From IMG/VR virus record IMGVR_UViG_3300030380_005901, positions 64,001 through 128,000 of that record: a DNA stretch of 64,000 nt. One strand, written 5' to 3'. Position 1 is the stretch's first letter; every line of letters starts with the position of its first letter. Source of the stretch: a virus. Made by a program: the position numbers and the translations under genes. A model generated the notes under the pieces. It saw nothing but the letters and a program-made list of their open reading frames with translations. It did not search any database and was not told the origin of the DNA. Positions 18,870-27,820 of this stretch are shown piece after piece.

Positions 18870-19412
18870 TCATACACCCTTAAGTTTAATTTTAATATTG
18901 TGTGGTGCTCTTTCATCACCACCGAAATATGGGTATAGATAATACCTTTTGAAGTCTTGTGTACAAGGTCTTTCTACTTCTACTACCACACCATTAACCC
19001 CTAAAATGTACTTATCATCCTTTAATTCTAAATCTAAATATATTACTTCGTTAATCTCCACAGATGTTATTTTATCAAAATCAAAGTTACCATTTAAATG
19101 TCTGAACCATAATATTTCTAAACTATCGTTTAACCATCTCCATCCAAATCTAATTGAGTTATCCATATGGTTATTACCACAGTCCGATACTCCCCACAAT
19201 TTATTTACGTCCCACTGATTAACAGGGTCTTCAGTAGTGTATATTGCACTATTATCAAAAATGCATTCCACTTTAAATTTATTTTCTCTAGAAGTTTTAT
19301 ATCTATAACCTGATCGATGTTTACCCTCTTTAATAGTGAATGTTTTAAATCCATTTTCGTCTATCTTACTACAAGATAGAAAAGAAAACATACAGATAAA
19401 AAATTTTTTCAT
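18870..19412 (-). CDS. Putative lipoprotein, beta-rich
   Basis: MKKFFICMFSFLSC lipobox-like signal; NKLWG.SD, SIRFGWRW, LYPYFGG. Confidence 0.6.
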   Translation of the reverse strand: MKKFFICMFSFLSCSKIDENGFKTFTIKEGKHRSGYRYKTSRENKFKVECIFDNSAIYTTEDPVNQWDVNKLWGVSDCGNNHMDNSIRFGWRWLNDSLEILWFRHLNGNFDFDKITSVEINEVIYLDLELKDDKYILGVNGVVVEVERPCTQDFKRYYLYPYFGGDERAPHNIKIKLKGV

Positions 19413-20317
19413 AAATAATCGTGTTTAAATAAATCCAACTGCATTCCATAACAAGGTGCATCTAATACGTTATCTCCATAATTCATAATTAACAACTCTT
19501 CACCCATATTTTGTTTAACCCCACTTTTTGCTGCAGCTGCTTTTGCAAATTCTTTTTTCTCCCAAACATATTCATGCTTTGGAAACCATTTTCTTAATAG
19601 TTCGAAATCATAATAACTTAACGAAAACATCCCTTCCATTTCTTTTATACAGTCTGCCAATCTTTCATGATCGTTTCTATCAAAATCATGATTAGAATAA
19701 TAGTTTTCTGTTTTCCAATATGGTGGATCGATATAAAAGTAAGTTTTTTCAGAATCATATTTTTCTATGACTTCTTGAAAATCCATATTTTCTACAAAAG
19801 TAATTTTATCAAAATGTTCTCTGTATTTAGGATTCTTTAGTTTATCCATAAATATTAGAACCTTACATCTATATTTACCTTTATAATCTGTATAACTAGA
19901 TGTTTCTGGTTTAGAACCAGAAAATATTTGAGTAAGGACATATACATACTTTGCAGCAATCTCAAATTTATTATCATCAGTTATTTCAAAATCAGTATGA
20001 AATATTTCTTGTTGGTATTCGTTAAACATATCAACGTATTCTTTTGGTGTATCTTCTACACCTAATTGTTGACATGGATATTTGTTCAATTCATCCCAAA
20101 GTCTATCATACTCTAAGGTACATTTAAATAAATTTGTATTTAGTCCGTTAAAGTCATTATAAACAACTGTCTTAAGGTTAGGAAATTGTTTTAAATCCAT
20201 ATTAAAAAATACCCAAAACATTCCACCAAATGTTTCTACATATGTTTCTATATCTCTAGGTATGTATGGTACAATCCATTTACCTATTCGTGCTTTACCG
20301 CCAATATAACTTATCAT
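19409..20317 (-). CDS. dam: Dam-like DNA adenine methyltransferase (D12 class)
   Basis: YIGGK, YVETFGG, VYND, FYIDPPY, ELLIMNY. Confidence 0.88.
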   Translation of the reverse strand: MISYIGGKARIGKWIVPYIPRDIETYVETFGGMFWVFFNMDLKQFPNLKTVVYNDFNGLNTNLFKCTLEYDRLWDELNKYPCQQLGVEDTPKEYVDMFNEYQQEIFHTDFEITDDNKFEIAAKYVYVLTQIFSGSKPETSSYTDYKGKYRCKVLIFMDKLKNPKYREHFDKITFVENMDFQEVIEKYDSEKTYFYIDPPYWKTENYYSNHDFDRNDHERLADCIKEMEGMFSLSYYDFELLRKWFPKHEYVWEKKEFAKAAAAKSGVKQNMGEELLIMNYGDNVLDAPCYGMQLDLFKHDYL

Positions 20318-20385
20318 CTATTATAAAATTACTTTAATTTGTGTAAATGTCAAGTATAAACCGTACATTTTTTTTAAATATACGA

Positions 20386-21096
20386 TTATTTTTCGAGTTT
20401 TTCAATTATTTCATCAATAATTCCATATTCCAAAGCTTCTTCGGAGTCTAACCAATTATCTCTATTACAATCTGCTAAGACTCTTTTTTTAGTTTTACCA
20501 CAAAAATCTGCTAACATCTGAAATAATTTGTCATTATACTTTTCTGCTTCTGCTAGACTAATTTTCATATCTTCTACGTGCCCTTGTGCACCTGCAGATA
20601 CTTGATGTAACATTACTTTAGAATTAGGTAGAGCAAACCTTTTCCCTTTTGTCCCATTACCTAATAGAATAGATCCCATAGAAGCTGCCATACCAGTATT
20701 AATAGTCACAATATCGGATTTAACATAATTCATAACATCTACCATACTTAATCCTGACTTAACTGATCCACCTGGCGAATCTACGTGTACAATTATATCT
20801 CGACATTCAACGTTATCTAAAAACATTAATTGTGCTTGTACAACAGTACTCATTTGATCATTCACCGGACCCGCAACCCACAATATCCTATCCATCATTA
20901 ATCGTGAGAAAATGTCCATCTGAGTTACTCTCATTTCTCTTTCCTCTAATATATAAGGTGTGAGACTAGAAGTTACCATACTATTATTGTAGACACTATC
21001 TTGTAGTTTTTCCCAATAGTGAAACTGTATTCCACTAATACCTAAATGCTTCATAGCATAATTCTTAAATTCACTGTAAAAATCTAAATTCATCAT
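20386..21096 (-). CDS. clpP: ATP-dependent Clp protease proteolytic subunit
   Basis: MDIFSRLMMDRI, DSPGGSV, GMAASMGS (Ser), MLHQ (His), RDNW (Asp); Bacteroidota-like N-terminus. Confidence 0.95.
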   Translation of the reverse strand: MMNLDFYSEFKNYAMKHLGISGIQFHYWEKLQDSVYNNSMVTSSLTPYILEEREMRVTQMDIFSRLMMDRILWVAGPVNDQMSTVVQAQLMFLDNVECRDIIVHVDSPGGSVKSGLSMVDVMNYVKSDIVTINTGMAASMGSILLGNGTKGKRFALPNSKVMLHQVSAGAQGHVEDMKISLAEAEKYNDKLFQMLADFCGKTKKRVLADCNRDNWLDSEEALEYGIIDEIIEKLEK

Positions 21097-21107
21097 TTCT
21101 TATTTTT

Positions 21108-21752
21108 TTATACTTTAAAAAATTCTTTAACATACTCTAATATTGATCTTTTAGGTTTGATAAATTCAATATCTTCGTTACACTTTTCTTTTGTTTTGAA
21201 TACAATACATAACCTATGATAACCATCAAATATAGGTGCATAGTCTCCTTTATTTACTACCCATTTAAATTTTAATTGATTATGTGGTATAAAACCATCT
21301 TTACAATAAATTCCTCTATTCGAATGGGTTATACTATCCATAATAATATTACTATATCTTTTCCACCAATCCGTTTTCATTAAATTATCAATAAATTTAT
21401 TATACTCATCTGCATTGGTGAAATTATCATAGTAAGGGTGTCCTTCTCCCCAGTTACTTCTACTAGGTGATACTTTTATTATTGGTTCGGAATATAATCT
21501 ATATTTTTTTAGTTGATTTAAATTATACTTTTTTATTTCATATAGATTACCATCTTCATCTATTGCATCACATTTAACAAATTTAGATTCACTAAGTATA
21601 GGTTTAAATTTTTTAGGACATTTATCTAAACTACATAATTTATCAATATTACTTTTTCCTTCACCAGACCAATATAATCTAGGTCTTTTCATATGTCTAC
21701 TTAACCCATGTACCCTACAAATATAATCTTCAAAATCTTTATTGGTTTTCAT
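21108..21752 (-). CDS. Hypothetical protein, possible PD-(D/E)xK nuclease
   Basis: KCDAIDEDGNLYEIKK. Confidence 0.4.
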   Translation of the reverse strand: MKTNKDFEDYICRVHGLSRHMKRPRLYWSGEGKSNIDKLCSLDKCPKKFKPILSESKFVKCDAIDEDGNLYEIKKYNLNQLKKYRLYSEPIIKVSPSRSNWGEGHPYYDNFTNADEYNKFIDNLMKTDWWKRYSNIIMDSITHSNRGIYCKDGFIPHNQLKFKWVVNKGDYAPIFDGYHRLCIVFKTKEKCNEDIEFIKPKRSILEYVKEFFKV

Positions 21753-22389
21753 ATTCTACTTTTTTAGTATCTTCAATTATTTCTTTTCTTTCTGGTTTAT
21801 CAAACTCAACAAACATATCATGTTTTTCACATATCCTACTTAAAAAATATTTAGATAACCATAAATCATTTTCGTTAACAAAATTACCTTCACTCATTAA
21901 GTTGTATTCCCACTGCCCTAATAATTCTTTAGCGTTTATATCTGTAATTTTTAAACCTGCAGATAAACACACATCTAAATGCTCTTCCATTATTTCTCTA
22001 CCTAAAACTCTTCCATAACCAACACCACAATATTCTCCCAATGATGTCCCAAATTTATGATCATGAATAATCTTTGGTAGATAATATGTTTGCCTAAACC
22101 CAAACAAAACTTTTTCTTCTTCATTAATTTCTAACCTTTCATCTGTATTTGATGTGTCACACATAACTAAGAATGCTTGTTTTCTTTTTGGGTCTACAAC
22201 TACTCTATTAGGGATTAAAAGAGATTGTTCACTTTTATCACCCCATATAGGTAATTCTTCGGGACAAGGACCGTTTTTTCTTAACGTATTATATTTAGGG
22301 TATTTATGTGGATCAAAATCCCATATTTTAGTTTTACCTCTTAAGGTATCTTCTGAATCTACCCAAATGTATTCTAATTTAATTAACAT
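21739..22389 (-). CDS. Truncated, degenerate glutamine synthetase II-like protein
   Basis: KLEYIWVD, LRGKTK, YCGVG...GREIMEEHLDVCLSAGL.I..INA...GQWEY; ends before the second half of the catalytic domain. Confidence 0.75.
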   Translation of the reverse strand: MLIKLEYIWVDSEDTLRGKTKIWDFDPHKYPKYNTLRKNGPCPEELPIWGDKSEQSLLIPNRVVVDPKRKQAFLVMCDTSNTDERLEINEEEKVLFGFRQTYYLPKIIHDHKFGTSLGEYCGVGYGRVLGREIMEEHLDVCLSAGLKITDINAKELLGQWEYNLMSEGNFVNENDLWLSKYFLSRICEKHDMFVEFDKPERKEIIEDTKKVEYENQ

Positions 22390-22394
22390 ATTTT

Positions 22395-22694
22395 TTATTT
22401 GAAATCATTATTTATTCTATCCCACCAGTTCATTCTTTTAAGTCTTTTATAAATTCCATAAGGTTGTAAAATAATCCCTATTAAGAAACCATAAACTGCA
22501 ATAAAAGTACCAATAACCGGCCAAATAGGTATCCATCCTTCGTTATATTCTTGTAAGACAGGTCCTGGTACATAGAACGCCATAAATATTCCAAATAATG
22601 CCCCTATGAATTTACCTATACCTCTTCCATTCTTAAAATAGTGGTCAGTGAAAACCCATTGCAAATAGTTTTTTGGTGTATTTTTTTCTTTCAT
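22395..22694 (-). CDS. Two-TM membrane protein
   Basis: Two hydrophobic helices. Confidence 0.6.
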   Translation of the reverse strand: MKEKNTPKNYLQWVFTDHYFKNGRGIGKFIGALFGIFMAFYVPGPVLQEYNEGWIPIWPVIGTFIAVYGFLIGIILQPYGIYKRLKRMNWWDRINNDFK

Positions 22695-22735
22695 AATGTT
22701 TATGTTTTATCTATAAATATCTTAAACATTTTTAA

Positions 22736-23191
22736 TTATACAGTTACACTATTTTTTTTAGCGGCTTGTTTAGCCAAATCTTCCTGTATTTTCTTTTGTT
22801 CTTGTAATGTTTTTATAGTTTCACAAATACCAATGTACTCATCAATACTATATTGTCTTAAAACACCGCTAAATGTAGTAATGTCAGGTTTAGTTATAGA
22901 TAATTTATCAGATTCTAAACTATATACTATCTGAGCCAATAAATCTTTTACTACATACTCTTTTTGTTTATTTTCTAACTGATCGAATATAGGTTCATTG
23001 ATTTGAATTATCACATCGTAGTCAGTCATAAACTTAACTATATCTTGTGCTTTTGTCACTTGCCCAAAACAATCTTTTAAAGATTCGTTTGATAGAATCT
23101 TAATATTAACGAATCCAGGTATCCCACTATTATTTATGTGTGTATTAAACACCTCTTTCGTTTCTTCGTATACTTCTTGAAATTTTGCCAT
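22736..23191 (-). CDS. Hypothetical protein (phage metallopeptidase-like fold, no HExxH)
   Basis: YDVIIQINE.IFDQL...PDI..FSGVL..Y pattern. Confidence 0.45.
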   Translation of the reverse strand: MAKFQEVYEETKEVFNTHINNSGIPGFVNIKILSNESLKDCFGQVTKAQDIVKFMTDYDVIIQINEPIFDQLENKQKEYVVKDLLAQIVYSLESDKLSITKPDITTFSGVLRQYSIDEYIGICETIKTLQEQKKIQEDLAKQAAKKNSVTV

Positions 23192-23236
23192 AATTAATAT
23201 ATTTTTTTACTAATTTAATCTTTTTATTCTACAAAA

Positions 23237-24259
23237 TCAAATATTTAAAGACTCAATTATTATTTTATCTTCTTTACTTATTTCTTTAGGGATGTCTACC
23301 CAAACTTCTACCATCATATCTCCTATGTTACCAGCTCTCTCCAAACCCTTTTTAGGTACTCTAAGTATATGCCCAACATCTGTTCCTTCTTTAATGGTAA
23401 TTCTTATTTTACCGTCTAAAGTTTCTAATTCTGGAGAACAACCCAAAACTAAGTCTTTATATGATAACTTAATTCTTTGGTGTATATCTTGATTATTTCT
23501 TTTAAAAACATTATGAGGTATTTCTACCATATTAATAATCAAATCACCACTAACCCCCCTCTTAATTGAGTTGCCTTTACCACGTATGGTAATATATTCA
23601 CCATCCATAACACCTTTAGGGATTTCAAAATCTATGGTTTCCTCTTTTAATTTGACACCTAACCCATTACATTTTTTACAAGGTTTTACTATAACACTAC
23701 CCTCACCATTACATTTTGGACAAATAGTCGTATTTTGAATTTTTCCAAATGGGGTACTAGTAATTCTAACCACTTGTCCTGTACCTCTACATGCGTTACA
23801 TGTCGATGTCTCACCCCCTTGAGAATTACAATCATTACATGAATCATTCCTTTTATATTTTATCTTCTTATATATACCACTATGGATATCTTCTAAAGAT
23901 AATTTCATATTAACTCTAATATCTGTCCCTTTAAATCTTTTTGGTCTTTGAGATCTACCACCAAATGGATTTCCCTCTTCACCGAAAAAAGAACTAAAGA
24001 TATCGCCCATATCAAACCCACCACCAAATGGGTTACCCCCTCTACCATCAGGTGTGCCATATGTATCATAGTTTTGTCTTTTTTGAGAATCTGATAAAAC
24101 ATCATACGCTTCTGCTACTTCTTTAAATTTTTCTTCCGCCGCAGGCTCATTATTTACGTCTGGATGATACTTTTTAGATAGTTTCCTATAAGCTTTTTTG
24201 AGTGTTGAGTCATCAACATTTTTATCAACTCCTAAAACTTTATAATAATCTTTTGTCAT
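23237..24259 (-). CDS. dnaJ: DnaJ chaperone (class A)
   Basis: J-domain with HPD, G/F region, four CxxCxGxG-type repeats, C-terminal domain. Confidence 0.95.
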   Translation of the reverse strand: MTKDYYKVLGVDKNVDDSTLKKAYRKLSKKYHPDVNNEPAAEEKFKEVAEAYDVLSDSQKRQNYDTYGTPDGRGGNPFGGGFDMGDIFSSFFGEEGNPFGGRSQRPKRFKGTDIRVNMKLSLEDIHSGIYKKIKYKRNDSCNDCNSQGGETSTCNACRGTGQVVRITSTPFGKIQNTTICPKCNGEGSVIVKPCKKCNGLGVKLKEETIDFEIPKGVMDGEYITIRGKGNSIKRGVSGDLIINMVEIPHNVFKRNNQDIHQRIKLSYKDLVLGCSPELETLDGKIRITIKEGTDVGHILRVPKKGLERAGNIGDMMVEVWVDIPKEISKEDKIIIESLNI

Positions 24260-24311
24260 TATATATTATTTATTTATAAATAATAACACTTATTTTAATA
24301 AAAATAAAGAA

Positions 24312-24959
24312 ATGCAGTATAAAATTATTATAACTAGTAATAATAAAAAGAAAAAAATATTATTTAAAGGTAGTGATTTATCATTTGCACGTAAAAAATA
24401 TTTTAAATATAAAGATACTAATAAAGTATTATTTAGTAGAGATCATATTGCCTATAAAAAAGTGAAACCAGTACATTATGAACTTATATTAGTTAAAGAA
24501 TGGGAAAAAAACGATAAAATATATACTACAAGAGACAGTATGGGTAGGAATATTGAGATTATAGATAAAAATAAAAGATGGACTATGATTGAAAAATGTG
24601 ATTACTATTTTGAGGAAAGATTTACTGTCTTTAACTCAAACAAAAGATTAACTACTATAGAAATAATTAAATCTATTTTAATGAAGAAAGAAAAAGGTTT
24701 AACTATTAAACAAGTAAACTACATAAATAACAAATTACTCATACATCAAAACAACGACTTTGATATAATACTATGTAAATGTCAAAAAGATTGTGAAAAA
24801 TTATATTATTTATTACAAGATTTTTATGAAAATAATAATTTAAATAATATAATGTTTACCGGAAAAATAAGTAAAAATAAAAAAGAAACATATAAACTTA
24901 TTAAAGATAAAACTGGATGGGATGAGTTTAAGTTATATAGGACTAAAACCAGACCTTAA
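24312..24959 (+). CDS. Basic hypothetical protein
   Basis: 215 aa ORF. Confidence 0.65.
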   Translation: MQYKIIITSNNKKKKILFKGSDLSFARKKYFKYKDTNKVLFSRDHIAYKKVKPVHYELILVKEWEKNDKIYTTRDSMGRNIEIIDKNKRWTMIEKCDYYFEERFTVFNSNKRLTTIEIIKSILMKKEKGLTIKQVNYINNKLLIHQNNDFDIILCKCQKDCEKLYYLLQDFYENNNLNNIMFTGKISKNKKETYKLIKDKTGWDEFKLYRTKTRP

Positions 24960-25420
24960 ACCAATTGGTTTTCTAATTCTTTAATTAAAGAATCTATTTT
25001 ATTATACTCATCTTTAGTGTTAATATATAAAGGATTAATACACACTATTTTTTCTTCACCGTCTGTCGGCATAAAAAATAATCTTACATTGTCTCCTTTT
25101 TCATCTAAATATTTTTTAACATTTTCCCCATATGCGGCAACTAATTCTTTATTAGTGAATAAATCTTTACTTAAATAAAATACTAAAAATAATGGTTTTT
25201 CTACAGGATCTTCGTCTTCTTTAAACTTTTCTAATGAAACGTAACTAATATTGATCGTATCAATTTCATATTTTTCACTTAACTCTTCTTCTTTTCTCAA
25301 CCTTTCTTCATCACCATAAATGTCATAACATTCTAAGGAGTTATCATTTTGATCTTTCAAATACACTAAATACGATCTCTTTCCGTTTTTAAGTGAATAA
25401 TTTTTAGTTACTATTTTCAT
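24956..25420 (-). CDS. Hypothetical protein
   Basis: 154 aa ORF. Confidence 0.65.
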   Translation of the reverse strand: MKIVTKNYSLKNGKRSYLVYLKDQNDNSLECYDIYGDEERLRKEEELSEKYEIDTINISYVSLEKFKEDEDPVEKPLFLVFYLSKDLFTNKELVAAYGENVKKYLDEKGDNVRLFFMPTDGEEKIVCINPLYINTKDEYNKIDSLIKELENQLV

Positions 25421-25487
25421 TACATATATTTATACTTTTTTATTATTATAGTATAATATTAGTTATTTTTTTTGATACTGTAAATGT

Positions 25488-25784
25488 TTAGATAAACTTT
25501 TTTATAGATTCTGTTATTAAATTTTTAGGTGGTAAACCACTTTGTCTCCAAACTATTTTACCTTCTTTAAATAGTAATAGTGTAGGTACACTCCTAATAC
25601 CATATTTTGTTGCCGCATCATGATTCTTATCTATATCCACTTTTATAATTTTAGTTTCGTCACCCATTTCTGATGCAACTTGTTCTAATAATGGTGACAT
25701 CATTTTACAGGGTCCACACCAAGTAGCATAAAAATCTACTAGTGTAGGTTTTTCGGATTTTATCAATTCATCAAATTTTCCCAT
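25488..25784 (-). CDS. trxA: Thioredoxin
   Basis: VDFYATWCGPCK, IRSVPTLLLFKEG. Confidence 0.95.
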   Translation of the reverse strand: MGKFDELIKSEKPTLVDFYATWCGPCKMMSPLLEQVASEMGDETKIIKVDIDKNHDAATKYGIRSVPTLLLFKEGKIVWRQSGLPPKNLITESIKKFI

Positions 25785-25819
25785 AATATTTTTATTATTA
25801 AATATACTAAAGTTTTAAC

Positions 25820-25855
25820 AAAAAAAAAGAGGATACTAATTAAAATATCCTCTTT
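25820..25855 (-). terminator. Intrinsic terminator closing the vWA protein + ncRNA unit
   Basis: AAAGAGGATA-loop-TATCCTCTTTTTTTTT on minus strand. Confidence 0.8.
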
Positions 25856-25863
25856 CAATAATG

Positions 25864-26127
25864 TGGTGTCGGAATGATGATTCAGATTTCATTAACGAAG
25901 GGTCTGTCCCTACGGTAGATTTGGTAACTCAGCCCCACTGAGTGTCTTTGTTTTACTTGAGACAAAATCAAGAGGTATGTTTTACAACCTAAAGTGTGAG
26001 ACTATCTCACGTTTAAACTTACCTATGGTTGATCCCTTTATAAATTTTGGGTAAAAGGGATAATAAAACCTCTGTTCTACTTTCTAGTTTTAAGTTAGAG
26101 TTTGCAGAAACCATTCGTTTTACACCA
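25864..26127 (-). ncRNA. Putative structured RNA A (Y-RNA-like architecture, ~264 nt)
   Basis: 5' UGGUGU..GAAUGGU pairs with 3' AUCAUUC..ACACCA; 5' motif GAAUGGUUUCUGCAAA; several internal hairpins; no ORF. Confidence 0.65.
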
Positions 26128-26138
26128 ATATAAAAAAC

Positions 26139-26261
26139 GGTAGCGGAATTGTATGTGTTTGTTTTTTTCTCCCCCCCATTACTGAAAGGTGGTGGGTCAA
26201 ACTCCCACTTTCTCGATCTTGGTTTTAGTTTTTTAATTTGCCGAAACCATTCCTCTATACC
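26139..26261 (-). ncRNA. Putative structured RNA B (Y-RNA-like architecture, ~123 nt)
   Basis: 5' GGUA..GGAAUGGU pairs with 3' ACAAUUCC..UACC; 5' motif GAAUGGUUUCGGCAAA; internal GAAAG-GUGGG/CCCAC-CUUUC hairpin. Confidence 0.65.
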
Positions 26262-26278
26262 ATTTTTATGTCAAAGAA

Positions 26279-27730
26279 CTATACCGTTATATTCTCATAT
26301 CTAGTACTATCAACAGTTTTCATCATTACTGAGTAAGGAGTTAAATTCTCCCCATTCAATACTGACTTTAGTATTGATGGACTAAATCCTGAGATTAAAG
26401 CGGTGTTCATCTCATCCTGTTTAACAGGAAAATTATCATTACCTCTGGAATGAAGATTCCAAAATACTATTGTTGGTATTTCATAACCAGCTTCTTCATA
26501 TTTTGTTTTAATCATCTCCATTGCAGTAGGATTCCAATCAGAAGATTCTTCCCAACGATTTCCTGTCGCTGCATCGAATTCCATATCTGATAATATTAAT
26601 ATTTTTGTCGGCATTTCCCCTAAAGGAATGTTATGAGTTACTGCCTGATTCAACAATAAATCAAATGTTGCCGTTAGATTTGTACTCATTCCCCAATGTG
26701 CACTTCTTAACTGTTGTAATTTACCTTTTAGTGAATCACCAGTTAAGTACTGTAAACTCGGTGTTGAAGAAAAAGTTAAAAAACTATCTTTAAATGCTCC
26801 TTCATTCCTTTCTGAAATATAGATACCTAATGATATTGCTACATCCATACAAGTAAGTGAATCATTACTACCTGCGGAACAACTCATTGAACCTGAAACA
26901 TCAACCATTGGTAAAACTCTATCCTCATTACCTTCCATAAAGTTAGGTAAGTTATCCCATTGATTTTGAGAAACTGTTTCATCAACACCAGTATACAAAG
27001 TCTTTAAAATATCGTAAGGGTATAGTGCTCCACTATTAACTGTAGTTTTACCTTCTTTAAGGTCTTCTACAAATTGGTTATATCCCTTTTCATCTCTTCT
27101 CCAAAACGCTTTTTGGTATCTTGCCGATGCCAATGAAGGTATTTTAGAGTAGTCAATTTCTTTCCATCGATTTGAACACATCTTAGTTTCTACTACATCT
27201 GTCAAACCTACTAATCTTTTTCTTAATTCTTTTGGGGAAACTTTTAAAGCTCTTCTAACTTTGTTAAATACTTCACCTTTACGAGGCATCCACTTAGCAC
27301 ATAAACCGTCTTCGTTACCTAAGGCAGTTACGATTAAGTCTATAACCATACCTTCTAACTCACTACCAATTAATGTAAATACATCATCCCATCTTCCGTA
27401 TTCAGAAATAAGATGAACATTCTTTTTAACAACATCTGGTGAAAGTTTTACTAAGTGAGAAATAACATCTCTAAAGATTTGTCTCTCACCGGCACCTTCT
27501 CTAACATCTCTTACCCAAAAAAGGATACGAGTTGCAACTAATGGGTTTTCACTATATGCTTTGGAAAATTTTTCAATTAAGGTAACTTTATTTTTCCCTC
27601 TCATAGCCCCAATAGAGAAAAATAAATCTACACAGTTATTTAGTGTAGTATTATTTGTAGACATACCGTTTTCGGTTAATTGCGTTTTTTCTTCCTCCAT
27701 TTCTCTGTATTTAGTCATTGAATTAGCCAT
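26279..27730 (-). CDS. Ro60/TROVE-like helical domain + vWA protein (DUF2828-like)
   Basis: TENG, LFFSIGAMRG, RDVREGAGER, YGRWDD, AKWMPR, LYPYDI; vWA MIDAS DVSGSM, WGMSTN, ILSDMEFD, IVFWNL, ISGFSP; start set at MANSM. Confidence 0.8.
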   Translation of the reverse strand: MANSMTKYREMEEEKTQLTENGMSTNNTTLNNCVDLFFSIGAMRGKNKVTLIEKFSKAYSENPLVATRILFWVRDVREGAGERQIFRDVISHLVKLSPDVVKKNVHLISEYGRWDDVFTLIGSELEGMVIDLIVTALGNEDGLCAKWMPRKGEVFNKVRRALKVSPKELRKRLVGLTDVVETKMCSNRWKEIDYSKIPSLASARYQKAFWRRDEKGYNQFVEDLKEGKTTVNSGALYPYDILKTLYTGVDETVSQNQWDNLPNFMEGNEDRVLPMVDVSGSMSCSAGSNDSLTCMDVAISLGIYISERNEGAFKDSFLTFSSTPSLQYLTGDSLKGKLQQLRSAHWGMSTNLTATFDLLLNQAVTHNIPLGEMPTKILILSDMEFDAATGNRWEESSDWNPTAMEMIKTKYEEAGYEIPTIVFWNLHSRGNDNFPVKQDEMNTALISGFSPSILKSVLNGENLTPYSVMMKTVDSTRYENITV

Positions 27731-27770
27731 AATTTTGGTTGTTTTTATATTGTTCTTTAAAAGTGTGATA

Positions 27771-27802
27771 CAAATATAGGGCAAATATATTTAAAAGTCA
27801 AA
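27771..27802 (-). promoter_or_regulatory. Bacteroidota-type promoter of vWA/ncRNA unit
   Basis: TTTG-N20-TATATTTG. Confidence 0.75.
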
Positions 27803-27820
27803 TTTTTTTTTTAATTTTTT

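Noticed and set aside
25864-26261. RNAs A/B as tRNAs or a riboswitch
   Set aside because: No cloverleaf or canonical TTCGA arm; they lie downstream of the CDS and are separated from trxA by a terminator
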